The notes: generated by a model from the letters alone, not told the origin. Shown: positions 46,846 to 62,515, counted from the stretch's first letter. The stretch: 64,000 nt of DNA from the human T2T-CHM13v2.0 reference genome, Homo sapiens (GCF_009914755.1 NC_060941.1); one strand, 5' to 3'. Program-made: numbers and translations.

Positions 46846-47048
46846 CAATATTTAAACTCTTGTTACGGCCTGTAAACAGAACACCATCTGATTATGTTTG
46901 TGATCAGGTTTTCCTAGTGACATTAGGATATATGGGTTAATAAATCACGTCAATGCTGGAAAATATGACTGAGACTCAGAATAGTTAAGAATTCTAAGAC
47001 ACCAGATACTTTAAGGTAGAAACTAAGCCTGAAGAAAGAAATGCTGCC

Positions 47049-47469
47049 TGATAGAGTTTGGATGTTTGTCCCCTCCAAGTCTGATGTTGAAATGTGATTC
47101 CCAGTGTTGGAGGTGGGTGCCTGGTGGGAAGTGATTGGATCATGGGGGCAAACCCCTCATGAATGGTTTAGCACCATCCTCATGGTGATAAGTGAGCTCT
47201 CACTCAATTAGTTTGTGATATCTAGTTGTTTAAAAGTTTGGGACCTCCCCCTTCTCCCTCCCTTGCTCCCACTCTCACCATGTGACATGCTGGCTCCCTG
47301 TCACCTTCTGTGATGATTGGAAGCTTCCTGAGGCCTCACCAGAATCAGAGGCTGGCACCATGCTTCCTGTACAGGCTGCAGAACTGCGAGCCAAAATGAA
47401 ATATCTTTTCTTTATAAATTACTCAGCTTCAGGTATTTCTTTATAGCAACATGAAACTGACTTAATACA
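47049..47469 (+). mobile_element. MSTB-like solo LTR
   Basis: TGATAGAGTTTGGATGTTTGTCCCCTCC...gcttcctgaggcctcaccaga...ttctttatagcaac...taataCA; 5-bp TSD ctgcc/ctgct. Confidence 0.9.
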
Positions 47470-48214
47470 CTGCTCAAGTTTGAATATCTATGAAGCAACG
47501 AGGTGCTATGCCTTTTGCAAATAATTACAATCTCACCCACCCATTTGCAGCCAAAACAGGGTAATAGACATTATGAGAAAGGTGTGTGAAATATGTCCTA
47601 GGGGCATGTAAAAGGATGCCTTGCCTAGACTTGGGCTGTGGGGGTGGGGACACAGAGGGAAGGGGGTCGTCTGGGAGGGGTGGCAGAAGTCAGACAATGC
47701 CTGAGTTGGGCATAAGAGCCATATGAAAATTGGAAGGGAGATAAGTTGCTGTAGGCAGACAAAAGATGTGAGCTAAGAGGGAGGTGCGATAAAACATTGG
47801 CATCCTGGGCTGGACAACATTAAGATGTAGTCTGAAACTATCCTTAGAAGCCTTGGGTTTCTCATTGTCTTAGGAAATGAGAAGAAGAGAAAAGAAAGAG
47901 ATGCCAGTTTTCTTTCCTCTCCCCATAGCCATAACTGAGACCAGCTTTTCCAAAATAGTTTTCAATGACAAAGAGTCCTGTGGTTCAAATAAACATGAAG
48001 GCTGCTGGTATAAGTCAATGCATGCTAAAGGTTCTACCATCTCACTATGTATATAAGTATATGTATATTTGTGTGTTTTATATACTCTCTCTTTATATGT
48101 ATATTTTATTTCTACATATTCATATACTTATATCTATTTTATTTAACGGTTAAACCTGCAGACTTCTTTGCATGGGGGAAGCTTTCTCTTTCTCTATTCT
48201 CCACTAACATTTTT

Positions 48215-48715
48215 GCTCAACTCACAACATTTTTCCCTTACTACTAGCTTGAAAGACACTGGGCCTGAGGGTACATTAGTGAGTAAAACGAACAAATCCC
48301 TACCCTCAGGGAAGGGATCCCTACCTTCATTTTCAAATCCCTACCCTCATTTTAGTGGGGAACAGACATTCAAAATTAAAATATTTAGCATGTTAGTGAT
48401 AAGTGCTAAAGAGCAAAAAACAAAGTGAGAAAGGAGGCTAGATGTGTTAAGTGGGGTTAACATTTTAGAAGGGGTGGTTAGGAAGACCCCACTGAGAAGG
48501 TAACTTTTGAGTAAAGACTTGAGGAAGGAAATCCTGCAGCTATCTGGGGAAGTACTTTCCAGGTAGATGAAACAGCAAGTGCAAAGGCCCTGAGGCAGAG
48601 CCATGCCTACTTTTTTCCAGGAATCTCCAACAGGTCAATGGCTGAGGCAGAATGAGCCCACTGCAGGGTAGCAGGATATGAGGTGGAAGGGGCAGGTTGT
48701 ATAAAATCTTCTGGC
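48215..48715 (-). mobile_element. L2a 3' region
   Basis: gataagtgcta...ctgagaaggtaacttttgag...cagcaagtgcaaaggccctgaggcag. Confidence 0.8.
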
Positions 48716-49789
48716 TTCTTTTTAATTCTTTTAAACATTTACCCAAATAACGCTTGCATTTTAATTGTTTTCATTATAAACAAGTGTCCTAACTGTGTTT
48801 TCTTAGATTCTGTACTTGTCTATTTGGCATCCATTAACCACAGGTCCAAATAATGGCCAAAGTTGCCTGCATCTCTTCTGCATGGTCTTGCTGCATCTCT
48901 TGGCATGCTCTTGCTCTGAAATGTGATTTTGCTAGTCTTTATGAAAGTTCCTAAGTTCAATGTTCTTCGGTCAAATACGTTATGTGCCATTTGATAATCA
49001 GTTGGGAACCTGGAGCCTCCTATGTAACCCTCTGAAAAAGTTGGTTTAGAACTTGTGGTCAGACTCAATGCCTAAAAGAAACCTCTAAGCCTTTTAAGTT
49101 TTATATTTACAGATATTGACATTCTAAGATCCTCTGGCAGTCCAGGTGATACAGAAATTCATAGCAAAGACAAGTGAAATGAAGCATGCATGTGAATAAG
49201 AGGAAAAGTTGAGCAAAATGGTGAGCTTGGAATAGATCTTTCAGGATACACAAAACCTCCTAAGGAAAACCTGTACATTATAAGGAATATTTAACACTCT
49301 GGAACCTAGCTTCCAGTGAACATAGCCCAATAAATGACCCACAATTTGACCATTTAGGTTCATACTTCCTTTTCTTGAGGAGGATGAACATAACAGTTTC
49401 CATATTATCCAGTGACCCAGAATGCCTAGGAAGTGATAGATGGTGAGGTTAATTATTTAACCCAAGTTTTAGTAATTTCGCTTTTAGAAGTGTGAAGTAA
49501 GGTAATATTCAGAGAGGTGAATAAACTTTTATGTGAAAGAAATTGATTTCACTCTTATTTATGATAGCATAATTTCAAAACAACCCAAGAGAAATTATGG
49601 AAATATCTACATTGAAAGATGAATAATATATAATGATATAAGAAAATACCCAAAAGGCAATTTTAACTGATAAAAGCAAGATATAAAATATATGTTTGTA
49701 AAATAAACCCAATTTTAATTCAAAATACATGGTATTTATATATACAAAGATACAAGGCACACAGGAGAGTAAGGAGGAAATACAGCAAT

Positions 49790-50860
49790 GGATTAATAGT
49801 AGTAATTACTGGATAGAAATTTCATAAACAGTGTTCAGGGTAACTAGAGCCACTAGAAAATAAGGGGAACATCTGGAAATGAGAGAGTCCTAGAGAGAAT
49901 ACCCAGGATTATGTGTATAAACTCCAAACTTGGTCTTACCCCTTAACCATGTGTATGTAGTGTAGACTCCAAGAAGCCCAGCTAAGGCTAAAAGGACTAA
50001 CATTTCAGCTGCTGCTTCTCACAGGGGAGACAGAATTTTCAGCTTGAATTTAGCCAAGTTAATTGCCCAATTGAAAAAAACATTGTCTGGGTGTGGTGGC
50101 TCACGCCTGTAATCCCAGCACTTTGGGAGGCAGAGGCGGGCAGATCACGAGGTCAGGAGATCGAGACCAGCCTGGCTAACACGGTGAAACCCTGTCTCTA
50201 CTAAAAATACAAAAAATTAGCCAGGCGTGGTGGTGGCCTCTGTAGTCCCAGCTACTCAGGGGGCTGAGGCAGGAGAATGGCGTGAACCCAGGTGGCAGAG
50301 GTTGCAGTGAGCCGAGATTGTGCCACTGCACTGCACTCCAGCCTGGGGGACAGAGCAAGACTCCATCTCAAAAAAAAAAAAAAAAAAGGAAAAAACACAA
50401 AAACACGAGGAACCTATTAGAAGCCAGAGTTCCTACAACACATCATTAACAATGTCCAGCACACAATCCAAAATTACTGACAATATGAATAAACAAGAAA
50501 ATGCCACCTATTCTCAAAAGAAAAGGGAATCAGCAGAAATTGACTTTAAGAGGACTCAGATGTCATGGCTATCAGACAATAAGTTTAAAGCCACAATTTT
50601 ACCTATGCTCAAAGACAGAAAGAAAAATATGCCCACAATAAATTTAAAAAATAGGAAATCTCACAAAGTATACAAAAAATCAAATGGAAATTCTAGAATT
50701 GAAAATTTTAATATCCAAATTAAAATTTACTGGATAGGGTTAATATTAGAATGGACATTCAGAAGATTGAATGAACTTAAGGATAAATCAATAGAAATTA
50801 TCCAACCTGACAAAAAGAAAGAAAAAAAAATTGGAAGAAAAAGTAAAAAGTCCCTTACCA
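49790..50860 (+). mobile_element. Ancient L1M 5'UTR/ORF1 N-terminal remnant
   Basis: Translates MSSTQSKITDNMNKQEN...LSDNKFKATILPMLK...LNELKDKSIEIIQ, similar to old L1M ORF1p. Confidence 0.7.
50084..50387 (+). mobile_element. AluY/Sc8-like
   Basis: tggctaacacggtgaaaccc, aatggcgtgaaccc. Confidence 0.93.
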
Positions 50861-50913
50861 TACACTCATTTCATCATCAGCAATATGAATTCAATTTTCT
50901 AAAGGTAACTGTG

Positions 50914-51262
<349 letters not shown>

Positions 51263-51299
51263 CTATATGAAATATGTGCACAACATACTTGTAATTGGA

Positions 51300-53310
51300 A
51301 TCAAACTATCATTGAGTTATCACATTTTCCACATAGTAATTTAAAATTCTGTAAGTGCTTGATAGTAATTTATAGTTGAAATAATAGTGCTATTTATTTA
51401 AAATATTCCTATTTAGACAGTTTCCAATTCTTTGCTCTTAAAGCGATAAGCAGTCAACATTCTCCTGCATATATCTTTGTGCACATGTATTTCTCTTAGA
51501 CATTTAGAATGGAATTCTTCAAGGTGTAAATCTTTTTAACTTTTCTAACTGATTTATAATATATCCAGAAAAGTGCTCAAAATATAAATGGACATCTCAG
51601 TGAAAATTCATGTAAATATTATCCAGATTCACTTTTGCTGTTTGTGTTTTTATAATTTTTAGAACCAACTTGTTAAAGTTCAGCACAATGTCTGTTGGTA
51701 TTCTGATAGAAAGTACATTGAATATATAGGTTAATGAGAAAGAACTGAAATCTTAATAATATTCATTTTTTCAATATATACATACATATAGATGTATGTA
51801 TAAGAATATATATATAAGAATATATATTTACAAATATATATAAGAATATATATATACAAATATATATAATAATATATATATAAGAATATATATATATCCT
51901 TCAGGGCTTTTTAGTTGATTTTTAGACTTAAGGCTGAATCAAAAATATTTCACAGTGTAACCTTTTAAATTGAGATATAATTTATCTGCAAACAAATTGC
52001 ACAGACTAAAGTGTGTAATGTGATGACTTTACATCCAAGTGTAACTACCAAGTAACCACCACCCCCATTAAGATACAGAACATCTCTATCAACCTGAGAC
52101 TTTCCTTTGTTTCCTTTCAAGCCACCACTCCCTCTCCACCACCACCAAATGTAACCATGATTTATATTGCTATTACCATAGCTTAGTTTTGCCAGAAGTA
52201 GGACTTCATATAAGTGAATTACACAGTACGTATCATTTAGTGTCTGGCATTTTTCACTCAACATAATTACTCTTTAGATTCATTCATGTTGCTGATTGCA
52301 TCAATAGTTCATTTTCTCCTATTGCTGGGTACTTGATGTACATTTTTCTGTTGTACATTTGGCTCATTTCATTTTGGCAATTATGAATAATGCTGTTAAT
52401 ATTGTTACACAAATCTTTTTGTAGATGTAGTTATTTATTTATTCATTACTTAAAGTTATTTCCTAGGGTAATAGGGTCAAAGAGAAGGTATAAGACTAAC
52501 TGTATAAGAACTTGTTTAGTAAATTTCCCAAGTAGTTACATCATTTTATACCTCCTACAAGCAATAAATGAGAGTTCTGTTGCTTCTTGTTCTCACCAAC
52601 ACTTGCTGTTGTCAAATATTTTTATTTCCGTTATTTGCATGGGAATGTGGTGACAGCCTGCCTTCCTGAAGACTGGATAGGTTGAGCAGCTTTTTACATG
52701 TTTATAGACATGTGTTTATTGTACACTTTCTTTTTATAGTGTCTAAGTCTTTGTTCATTTTTATTTTTAAACTTTTTAAATTGCAGGCATTCAGGATACA
52801 GTTCTTTGTGAGATATATGTATTGATAATATTTTCTCGCAGTTTGTGGCTTGATTGTTTAATAATTTCATGGTCCTTTCTGTTAAGCGGAAATTTTAAAT
52901 TTCTACAAAATCCAATTCAGTATTTTTTCCCTTATTGTTAGTGCTTTTTCTTTGCTGGCTATTAAATATTTCCTTACCCCAATGTTGTAAATATTCCTTT
53001 ATATTTTCTTCATGCAGGTTTATGATTCGACCTCTTATTTTAGCTCTATTGCCCATCTTGAATAAATTTTTGTGTATCAGGTGAAGTGAGAATCAAGGCT
53101 TACTTTCTTCCACGTAACTATTCAGTTCCTGCACAGTATGTTGAGAAAACTTTTCCCATTAAGTTGCCTTATTGGTCTTGTCAAACATCAATGACCATGT
53201 CCGTAGGAGTTTACTTCTGGAAGCCACATTCTTTTCATTGATATATTTATCTAGACTCACTGAAATATCACACTGTCATCACAACTATACTTTTGTATAG
53301 TAGAAATGAT
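51300..53310 (-). mobile_element. Ancient L1M 3'/ORF2 remnants
   Basis: aattgagatataattta...agattcattcatgttg...tttcccaagtagtt...attttatacctcctacaagcaataaatgagagttc...atcttgaataaatttttgtgta. Confidence 0.75.
51775..51897. repeat. AT-rich quasi-periodic microsatellite (TATATAAGAA/TA)n
   Basis: Repeated tataagaatatatata units. Confidence 0.9.
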
Positions 53311-53454
53311 TTTATTAAAGCTAAAATTTTAGACAATTCAGCAAATATGGAAGCATGCCCAATGAGTTAAAGTTGGAATTCCACAACGCTTTCTGATAAA
53401 ACTACTTTGTTTTTCCTGACGTTCTGTGACGTACTTCATATTCTTCCATAGAGT

Positions 53455-53680
53455 GTTTTTAAAAATAAAAGTTGTATATATTTAACATGTACAGTGTGTT
53501 TTGATGTATATATTCATATTGAAATGATGACTGCATTGAAACAAATTAACATGTCCATCTCCTCATGTAGCTATCTTTTTTTTCCCTTTTTGTTTTTTTT
53601 TTTTGCTGAGAGCACTTGGAATCTACTCTCTTCACAAATTTCCAGTATATATTATGGAGTTATTAAGTGTAGTCACACCA
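53455..53680 (-). mobile_element. L1MA-like 3' end
   Basis: ttgtatatatttaacatgtaca...caaattaacatgtccatctcctcatgtag...aatctactctc. Confidence 0.75.
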
Positions 53681-55433
53681 GGTGTTAGAGTTCTAGGCTT
53701 AAAGACTCTTAAGTACCATCAGGACAAAATTCCATGATGATCTGGTCACCTGTTTCATTTCCAATGCTTTGCACAGTGTCTACAATATAATAAAAGCTTA
53801 ATATTAGTTGAATAAACAATTGAAATGAACTTGGAAGAGGGGTATTGGCTATCCTCTCCTCCACATTCAGTATTTCCATAAGTCTAGGCAACTGCACTAT
53901 ATCTCAATACACAAGACTTACATGTCAAATAATTTCATGGGTTACTATCATAGTCATAGAAATTCTGAGGATGTCACAGCAGCTCTCTCCCCAGGTCACA
54001 TCACTTTTTTGACTCCTGGTTTCTCTTGTAAAAGCAGTTTCCTTCCATGTGTCAATGCAGTTATAACCACTTTGAGACTTTTCTTTATGTTAACTTATTT
54101 GTATTTTCATGTACTTTTTATATTAATTTTTAATATTTATGTATACACTACTATACAATATACTAGATATACAGTAAATGATTATGCATTCTATTTTAAT
54201 TATCTAGATCCAGAATGTGGGTAAAACTGAGCACTATAATGAGAGTTTAGTAATCTGGCCTCTAGTTTTGTGTCTGCCAGTAACTTACTTTCTGAGGGAG
54301 TCTTATCTGGGCCTCAGTTCACTCATTTACAAACTTTGCGAATTTGAACTGGAACCAGATGCCCTGTGGCAGTCTCAGAATTCTCTCCAGAACTCTGCTG
54401 GCTGGAGGATGCATACTAGGAGAAAGACATCTCAGGATGAGATTGTGCTCTATTATATGTCACGTTTGCTTTGCACTGAGAGGCCTATTGTTAATACTGC
54501 CAATACCTACAGCATCTCAGACACAGCGAGAAGCAGCAATCACTTCCTTCTGAAGGACAGAGACCACATGTATCAAAATCCCTGTCTCTGGACCATCTGG
54601 CTGCTGATTGTATGATACTAACATCCACACTCAATTAAACTGGGCTCCCCTTAGGAAAACAAAGATCCAAAAGAGGCAATGTCAAAAGAATTGATATAAT
54701 CCAAATCCTGATGCTACAGAGAGCAGCTGGTTGGGGAAGTTGAAGAAGGAAAAGACACAGGGGTGTACTTGTGATGTGGGCTGTCGATTTCACAAATAGT
54801 GAGAAGTTTTCTGAGATGTGACTTAGGAAGATAAAGGGGCCCAAAGAGTTTTGGGGAATTTCTCTGAATTCTAGAGAATCTTGGGTGTGAATGAAACAGT
54901 GAACATCTAAGAGGGAAGCAAGTACAGCCCCTCCTTGGTTCTGTAGTGGTAATGACATGGCAAGTAGGAGGTCTCAGGGATTGTTTTGTCTGGGTAGTGC
55001 AAAAAGATGTAAAGCCCAGGCTTGACGCAGCTCCTTATCCAGTAAAAAGGGGTCCAGCTCTCAGAGTGCCTTCCTGTAGAAATCAGAACAAGTGACTCTG
55101 ATCTCTCACAGGAATTGCGGGCCATGTAAATTACTGAATTAAGGGTTTAACTCTGGTAGCTATTTGAGTTGTATTTTTAAATTTACGTATAAATATACAT
55201 ATATAAATACTCTTATATATGAATGTATATATCATATAAAATGTGTTTTAGAAAATACAATGAGATTGGCGCAAAAGTAATTGCAGTTTTTGCATTGTTT
55301 AAATTTGGCATTTGATATTAGAATACATTCTTAAATAAATGTGGTTATGTTACACATTTTCATGCATGTCTTGTTTTTTTTTTTTTTGCTAATGACTTAT
55401 TACTTGCTGTTTATTTTATATTTATTTTAGACT

Positions 55434-56765
<1,332 letters not shown>

Positions 56766-57314
56766 TAAAGATGTGTCTGAAATTAGCTATATGGATTTAA
56801 AATTCACAGTCTGAAACCGCAATTACTTTTGTACCAACCTAATATGTATATATTTGTGTGTGTGTGTGTGTATATCTAAAGTTATAGTCTTCTCTAAGTA
56901 GTAGGTAAAAAGAGTGAAATTATTTTCAGTTATTCTTCTGTTCTCTAGTCTTTACTCACTATCTCAACCTCAACATCCATGCCATTTTAGACTCAGCTTT
57001 TGTCTTTAGCTCCTTCACCTAGAGCTTGAATATGAGTTTTCCGTATCCTGAGAATAAAACCCTTTGCACTGCTGGGAGTAGCATCTGGGCAGCACCTAAA
57101 ACGAGGATCCCTATAAAGAAGACCTGACCTGGGGAGACGGTTGACAGACAGAAAACCTGAGATAAGGGAGGCAAGACTTGCATATGGAAAATCTCTGGGA
57201 GACTCTGGAGAAGAGAGGACTAGATATGCTTAGACATACATTGTTTCTAAGGAAACTGTGTATGTCAGCATAATAAGCTTTTGATGATAGGTTAATTTGG
57301 CCACTTCTTTATTA

Positions 57315-57799
57315 TTTATCTATTTTTAACTTTTAATTAAAAAGTAAACTTTAATGTCGAAAATGCAAACTTGGGGAAGGCAGAAAGATCACACACAAGG
57401 CTATCACTTCACAATTGGAAGGTTGCACAGCGGCCGGGCAGAGATGTTCCTCACTTCCCAGACGGGGCGGCTGGGCAGAGGGCTCCTCACATCCCAGACA
57501 ACGCGGGGGCCGGGCAGAGGTGCTCCTCACATCCCAGATGGTGAGGGTTGGGGGACCGGGCAGAGGTGCTCCTCACATCCCAGACAGGGCGGTGGCCGGG
57601 CAGAGGCGCTCCTCTGCCAGATGGTGGGCATCTGGGCAGGGGAGCTCCTCACTTCCCAGACTGGGTGGCAGCCGGGCAGAGGCAATCCTCACTTCCCAGA
57701 CGTTGGGCAGCCGGGCAGAGGTGCTCCTCACTTCCCAGACGGGGTGGCCGGGCAGAGGGGCACCTCACTTCCCAGACGGTGTGGCGGCCAGGCAGAGGT
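57315..57799 (-). mobile_element. SVA2-type element (VNTR plus unique 3' tail, no SINE-R)
   Basis: About 10 GC-rich SVA VNTR units (gggcagagg.gctcctcac.tcccagac) at 57430-57799; minus strand continues tgcaaccttccaattgtgaagtgatagccttgtgtgtgatc...ATTAAA and an A-rich tail; perfect 13-bp TSD cacttctttatta. Confidence 0.85.
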
Positions 57800-57904
57800 C
57801 ACTTCTTTATTAAGAGGTTGACCAGAATTTGGATTCATGAGCAAATAGATGTTAAAGCAGCTGTCCTACTGTAGAAAAATAAATAAATAAATAAAATAAT
57901 ACTT

Positions 57905-58233
<329 letters not shown>

Positions 58234-58520
58234 GAAAGACTATTTTTAATGATCCAGACCATCTGACCTCAGGCACAGCAGCTACCTTGGCTGTTACACA
58301 CCTTTACCAACTTGGAATTAACAATGGTGGTATGACGTCTTGATCTCCTGGAAAAATCTAAGAATTAAAAACCACAGGTGCTAGTGCTGGTTCTGAAAGT
58401 TGAAGTTCATCCCTTCCCCTCTGTGACAGCATTTCACGATGTGTAAAGATATTTTTGTGCATGACAATAGATATTGTTTCCCAGGATAATAGCTTACTGA
58501 CCAAAGACAGTCATAGAACA

Positions 58521-61500
58521 GGCTTCAAGATGGCTCACTACAGACATCTCATACTCACCTTCTCCACAAAGAACCAAAATAGTGAGCAGATAGTAACACT
58601 TCAAATAGATCGTCTGAGAGAGAACACTGGAATTCAACAGAGAAGTGACAGGAAGCCCCAAAGCAGGGAAGGAAAGATAAATGAGGCAGCCTGCTGGGTT
58701 GAGACTGACTGGGGACCTGGAGAGTCTCCCCATTGTGAGGAAAGAGTAAATCAGAGACCCCCCCAGCGGTCCACATTCCCACCATAGACTCCTGCAAACA
58801 TAGTCACTGGAGAGTCTCTTGACTATAGCAGGCCCTGAAGCTGATATAGGGAGCTTCCTGGAGACCACACAACGCTCCAGCAAGGAAGCTCACAGTGCGT
58901 CCCTCACAGCCCAGAGTCCTATGCAGTTACAGCAAGGTGTCATTTTAAGAGCTCATCCCTCAATAGACTGCAAAGAACCAAGGCATGGGCCGCCAACAGT
59001 GACTCCGTTGCCCCTGGCAGTGGAGCCACCATGCATTTTCACATGCCCAGATTCCCCTGCCTGCAGCTTCTGACACTCTGGGTTGCCGCCAGCAGGGCTG
59101 AAGTGGCGAGTGGGAGGGAGGTTGCTGCTGCCGGGGCTGAGGAACAAGCAAAGTGAGGGCTGCCAGCACAAAGGCCGAAATATGAACAAAGTGCACGCTC
59201 CTCACCTGCCTGCCTGCGGCTGCCACTGAGAGCAACACTGCCCTCTTCAGTAGCAGCTGTTGCTACCCCCCAGCTGAACATTCTACCCAGATTCTGGGGA
59301 CCACCCTGACTCTGCCTACCACAGCCAGTGCCTGCACTGCCAGGGAACTGAGGACAAGCCCCCGTGGCCCAGCTTCACTCCCTGCTCCCAGTGCCAGAGC
59401 ATGTAATAAAGTGGCCTGGGGACCACCCAGGCCAGTCCACCACTGTCGGCCTGGCAGCATCAACCTCCCTCCCACTCGCCACTTCAGCCCTGGTGGCAGC
59501 AACCCAGAGTGTCAGAAGCTGCAGGCAGGGGAATCTGGGCATGTGAGCACTCCTCCCAAGTGCCTGCAGTTGGACACACCCACCCTGCTACTACCACCAT
59601 GGCTAGAATCCATCTGCGTGTACTACCTGTGGGCCTGGAAATTGACCCACCTAGCCCAACACAGCCACTGTGCAGTGTGCACCACTCAAGACTCGGAGAG
59701 TTGTCCCACCACTTAACTGCCATTACCTGGGCCACATTTGCTGTTCAGGAGCCCAATAACTTACCTACTTCCTCCATTATAAGAATCCAAGCAAGCTACC
59801 TAGAGACTCAAGAATTGGCCCACCTGACCTGCTAATACCACTGCCTGCATATGCCACCCTAGATCCCAAGGACAGGCACACTCAGGCCACCCTTGCCACC
59901 ACTGGGTTCTGAAGACTGGCCCACCTGACATCCCTGTCTCAAGCAAAATTCACTGCAGCCTTCACTAACAATAACCCCTTAAGCCACCAAGAAAATCACA
60001 GACACCATTGATTTTGTTTACAGAGGAACTCATACAGAAACTACGCTACTGCATGCACCAAGAATCAAAACCAAAGTGTCCTACTCGACCAACACCATAG
60101 ATATATCTTCAAGAAAAATCCTCTCCTATGAAAGCAAATTCAAAAAAATTAAAGGAAGCAATTGTCTCACCAAATATGCATATATCAACATAAGGACATA
60201 GGAAACAGAGAAAAGCAAGAAAATAAGGCATCTCCAAAGGAACACAATAATTCTCCAGCAACAGATCCTAATTGTAAAAAAATTACAAAATCCTAAAGAA
60301 AGGATTTAAAATATTGATTTTCAAGAAGTTCAGTGAGATACAAGAGAATACTACACAATACAAATTAATCATAAAAATAATGCAGAATATCAATGAGAAA
60401 TTTGCCAGAAAGATAAAGATCATTTAAAAAAAAAACAGAAATTCTAGAACTAAAAAATTGAATGAAATATAAAGTACATTTAAAAGCTTCAACAATACAG
60501 TGGATTAAGCAGAGAAAAGAATCTCAGAACTTGAAGACAGGTCTTTAAAAATAACCCAATTAGGCAAAAATAAAGAAAACAGAATTTAAAAGAATGAGCA
60601 AACACTATGTGATATATGGGACAACACAAAGCCACCAAATATTCAAATTCTCTGAATACCAGAAGGTGAAGAGAAAACAAAAGAGTTCAAAAATGAATTT
60701 AATAAAAAATAGATGAAGACTTCCCAAGTCTAGCAAGATATTTAGACATTTAGATACAGAAAGCTCAGAGATTCCCAAACAGATACAGTGCAAAAAGGTA
60801 TTCTCTATGGCACATTATAGTCAAACTGTCAAAAGTCAAAGGGAAAAATTTGGAAAATAGCAATACAAAAGCATCTAGCCACTTATAAAAAAAAACAAAA
60901 CAAAACCCTAACAGATGATTTCTCAGCAGAAACCTAACAGACCAGAGGAGAATAGCATGATACGTTCAAAGTGTTGACAGAAAAATCTGTCAGCCAAGGA
61001 TGACTCAGTAATATTCTTCTTCATAAATGAAAGAGAAATTAAGTCTATCACAGACAAGGAAAACCTGAAGAAATTGATCACCACCAGATGGGCCCTACAA
61101 AAACTGCATAAGAGTCTTACACCCGGAAGTGAAAGAACAGTATCTACAATCATAAAAACACATGACAACATAAATACCCCCGGTAGAGCAAACATATGAA
61201 AAAGGAAAAGAAAAGACTCAAATATTACTACTACTGAAAACCACAATGACGAATATTAAGAGAGAAAAAAAGGAACAAAGTATATACAAAACAACCAGAA
61301 ATGAATTAATAAAATGAAAGAAATAAGACCTCACATATCAATACTAACCTTAAATGTAAATATATTGAAATTTCCTCTTAAAGAATATAGTATAGACTGA
61401 ATGAAAGGATAAAAAAACTCAGCAAACTAAGCCCAATGTTAGCAGAAGGAAAATAATAATAGAGATCACAGCAGAACTAAATAAAATAGAGACTTAAAAA

Positions 61501-62515
61501 AATACAAAGGTGAATGAAACAAAAAGCTGATTTTTGAAAATATAAACAAAATTAATCAACCACTTGTGAGACTGGCCAAGAAAAGAAAGAAAGAAGACCT
61601 AAAAAAAAAAATCAGAAATGAAAAAGGAAACATTATAACTGATACCTCAGAAATACAAACGGTCATTAAAGACTATTATGAACAATTACACACGAACAAA
61701 CTGGAGAACTGAGACAAAATGGATAAATTCCTGGACACATACAATTTACCAACATTGAGTCAGGAAGAAATAGAAAACCTAAACAGACCAATAATAAGTA
61801 ATGAGATGGAAACCATAATAAACGTCTCCCAACAAAAATCCAGGACTGAATAGCTTCACTGCTGAATCCTACCAAACTTTCAAAAAATAAATAACACCAG
61901 TTCTCCTCAAACTATTCCAAAAAATGAAAAGGAGAGAATTCTCCTTTCATAAGAATGTAACTCATTCTTACAAAACCAGTATTACATTGTTACCAAAAGC
62001 AGACAAGAATGCAACAACAACAAAAAAGAAAACTATAGGATAATACCCCCGGTGAACACAGATGCAAAAAATCCCAACAAAAATACTCACAAACCAAATT
62101 CTACAGCACATCGAATAAATAATAAACCGTGATCAAGTGGGATTTATCCCAGGGATGAAAAGATGGTTCAACGTATGCAAATCAATAAATATAAAACATC
62201 ACATCGACAGAATAAAGGACAAAAACCATGTAACAATTCTTCTCAATAAATGCAGGAAAAGCATTTCATAAATTTTAACATCCCTTGATGATAAAAATTC
62301 TCAACAAGCTAGGCATAGAAAGAACATACCTCAACATAATAAAGGCCACATATGACAAGCCCACAGCTAACATCATTCTGAATAAGGAAAAGCTGAAAAC
62401 CTTTTCTTTAAGAACTGGAACACAAGATACCCACTTTCACCACTCTTATTCAACATAGCACTGCAAGTCCTCGCCAGAACAATCAAGCAAAAGCAGAAAA
62501 TAAAAAGCATCTAGT
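58521..62515 (+). mobile_element. Old L1 (L1M/L1MA-type): 5'UTR, dead ORF1, ORF2 with endonuclease deletion
   Basis: ttcaagatggc (YY1-like) start; ORF1-like 60200-61140; ORF2 start MKEIRPHISILTLNVN at 61314; RT motif [14 protein letters not shown] at about 62131. Confidence 0.9.
59039..59546. repeat. Inverted repeat, 94-bp arms with 320-bp spacer
   Basis: 59039-59132 is the reverse complement of 59453-59546 with 3 mismatches. Confidence 0.95.

Noticed and set aside
54217-54615. 132-aa ORF
   Set aside because: Non-ATG start in the track, overlaps a MIR, and has no recognisable domain.
57430-57799. CpG-island promoter or CRISPR-like repeat
   Set aside because: These are degenerate tandem VNTR units without unique spacers, inside a TSD-flanked retroelement.
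57354-57874. Three overlapping ORFs of 108-155 aa
   Set aside because: They arise from the stop-poor GC-rich VNTR of the SVA2-type element.
58455-59835. Dense overlapping ORFs, including a duplicated peptide
   Set aside because: GC-rich L1 5'UTR; the peptide duplication simply reflects the inverted repeat.
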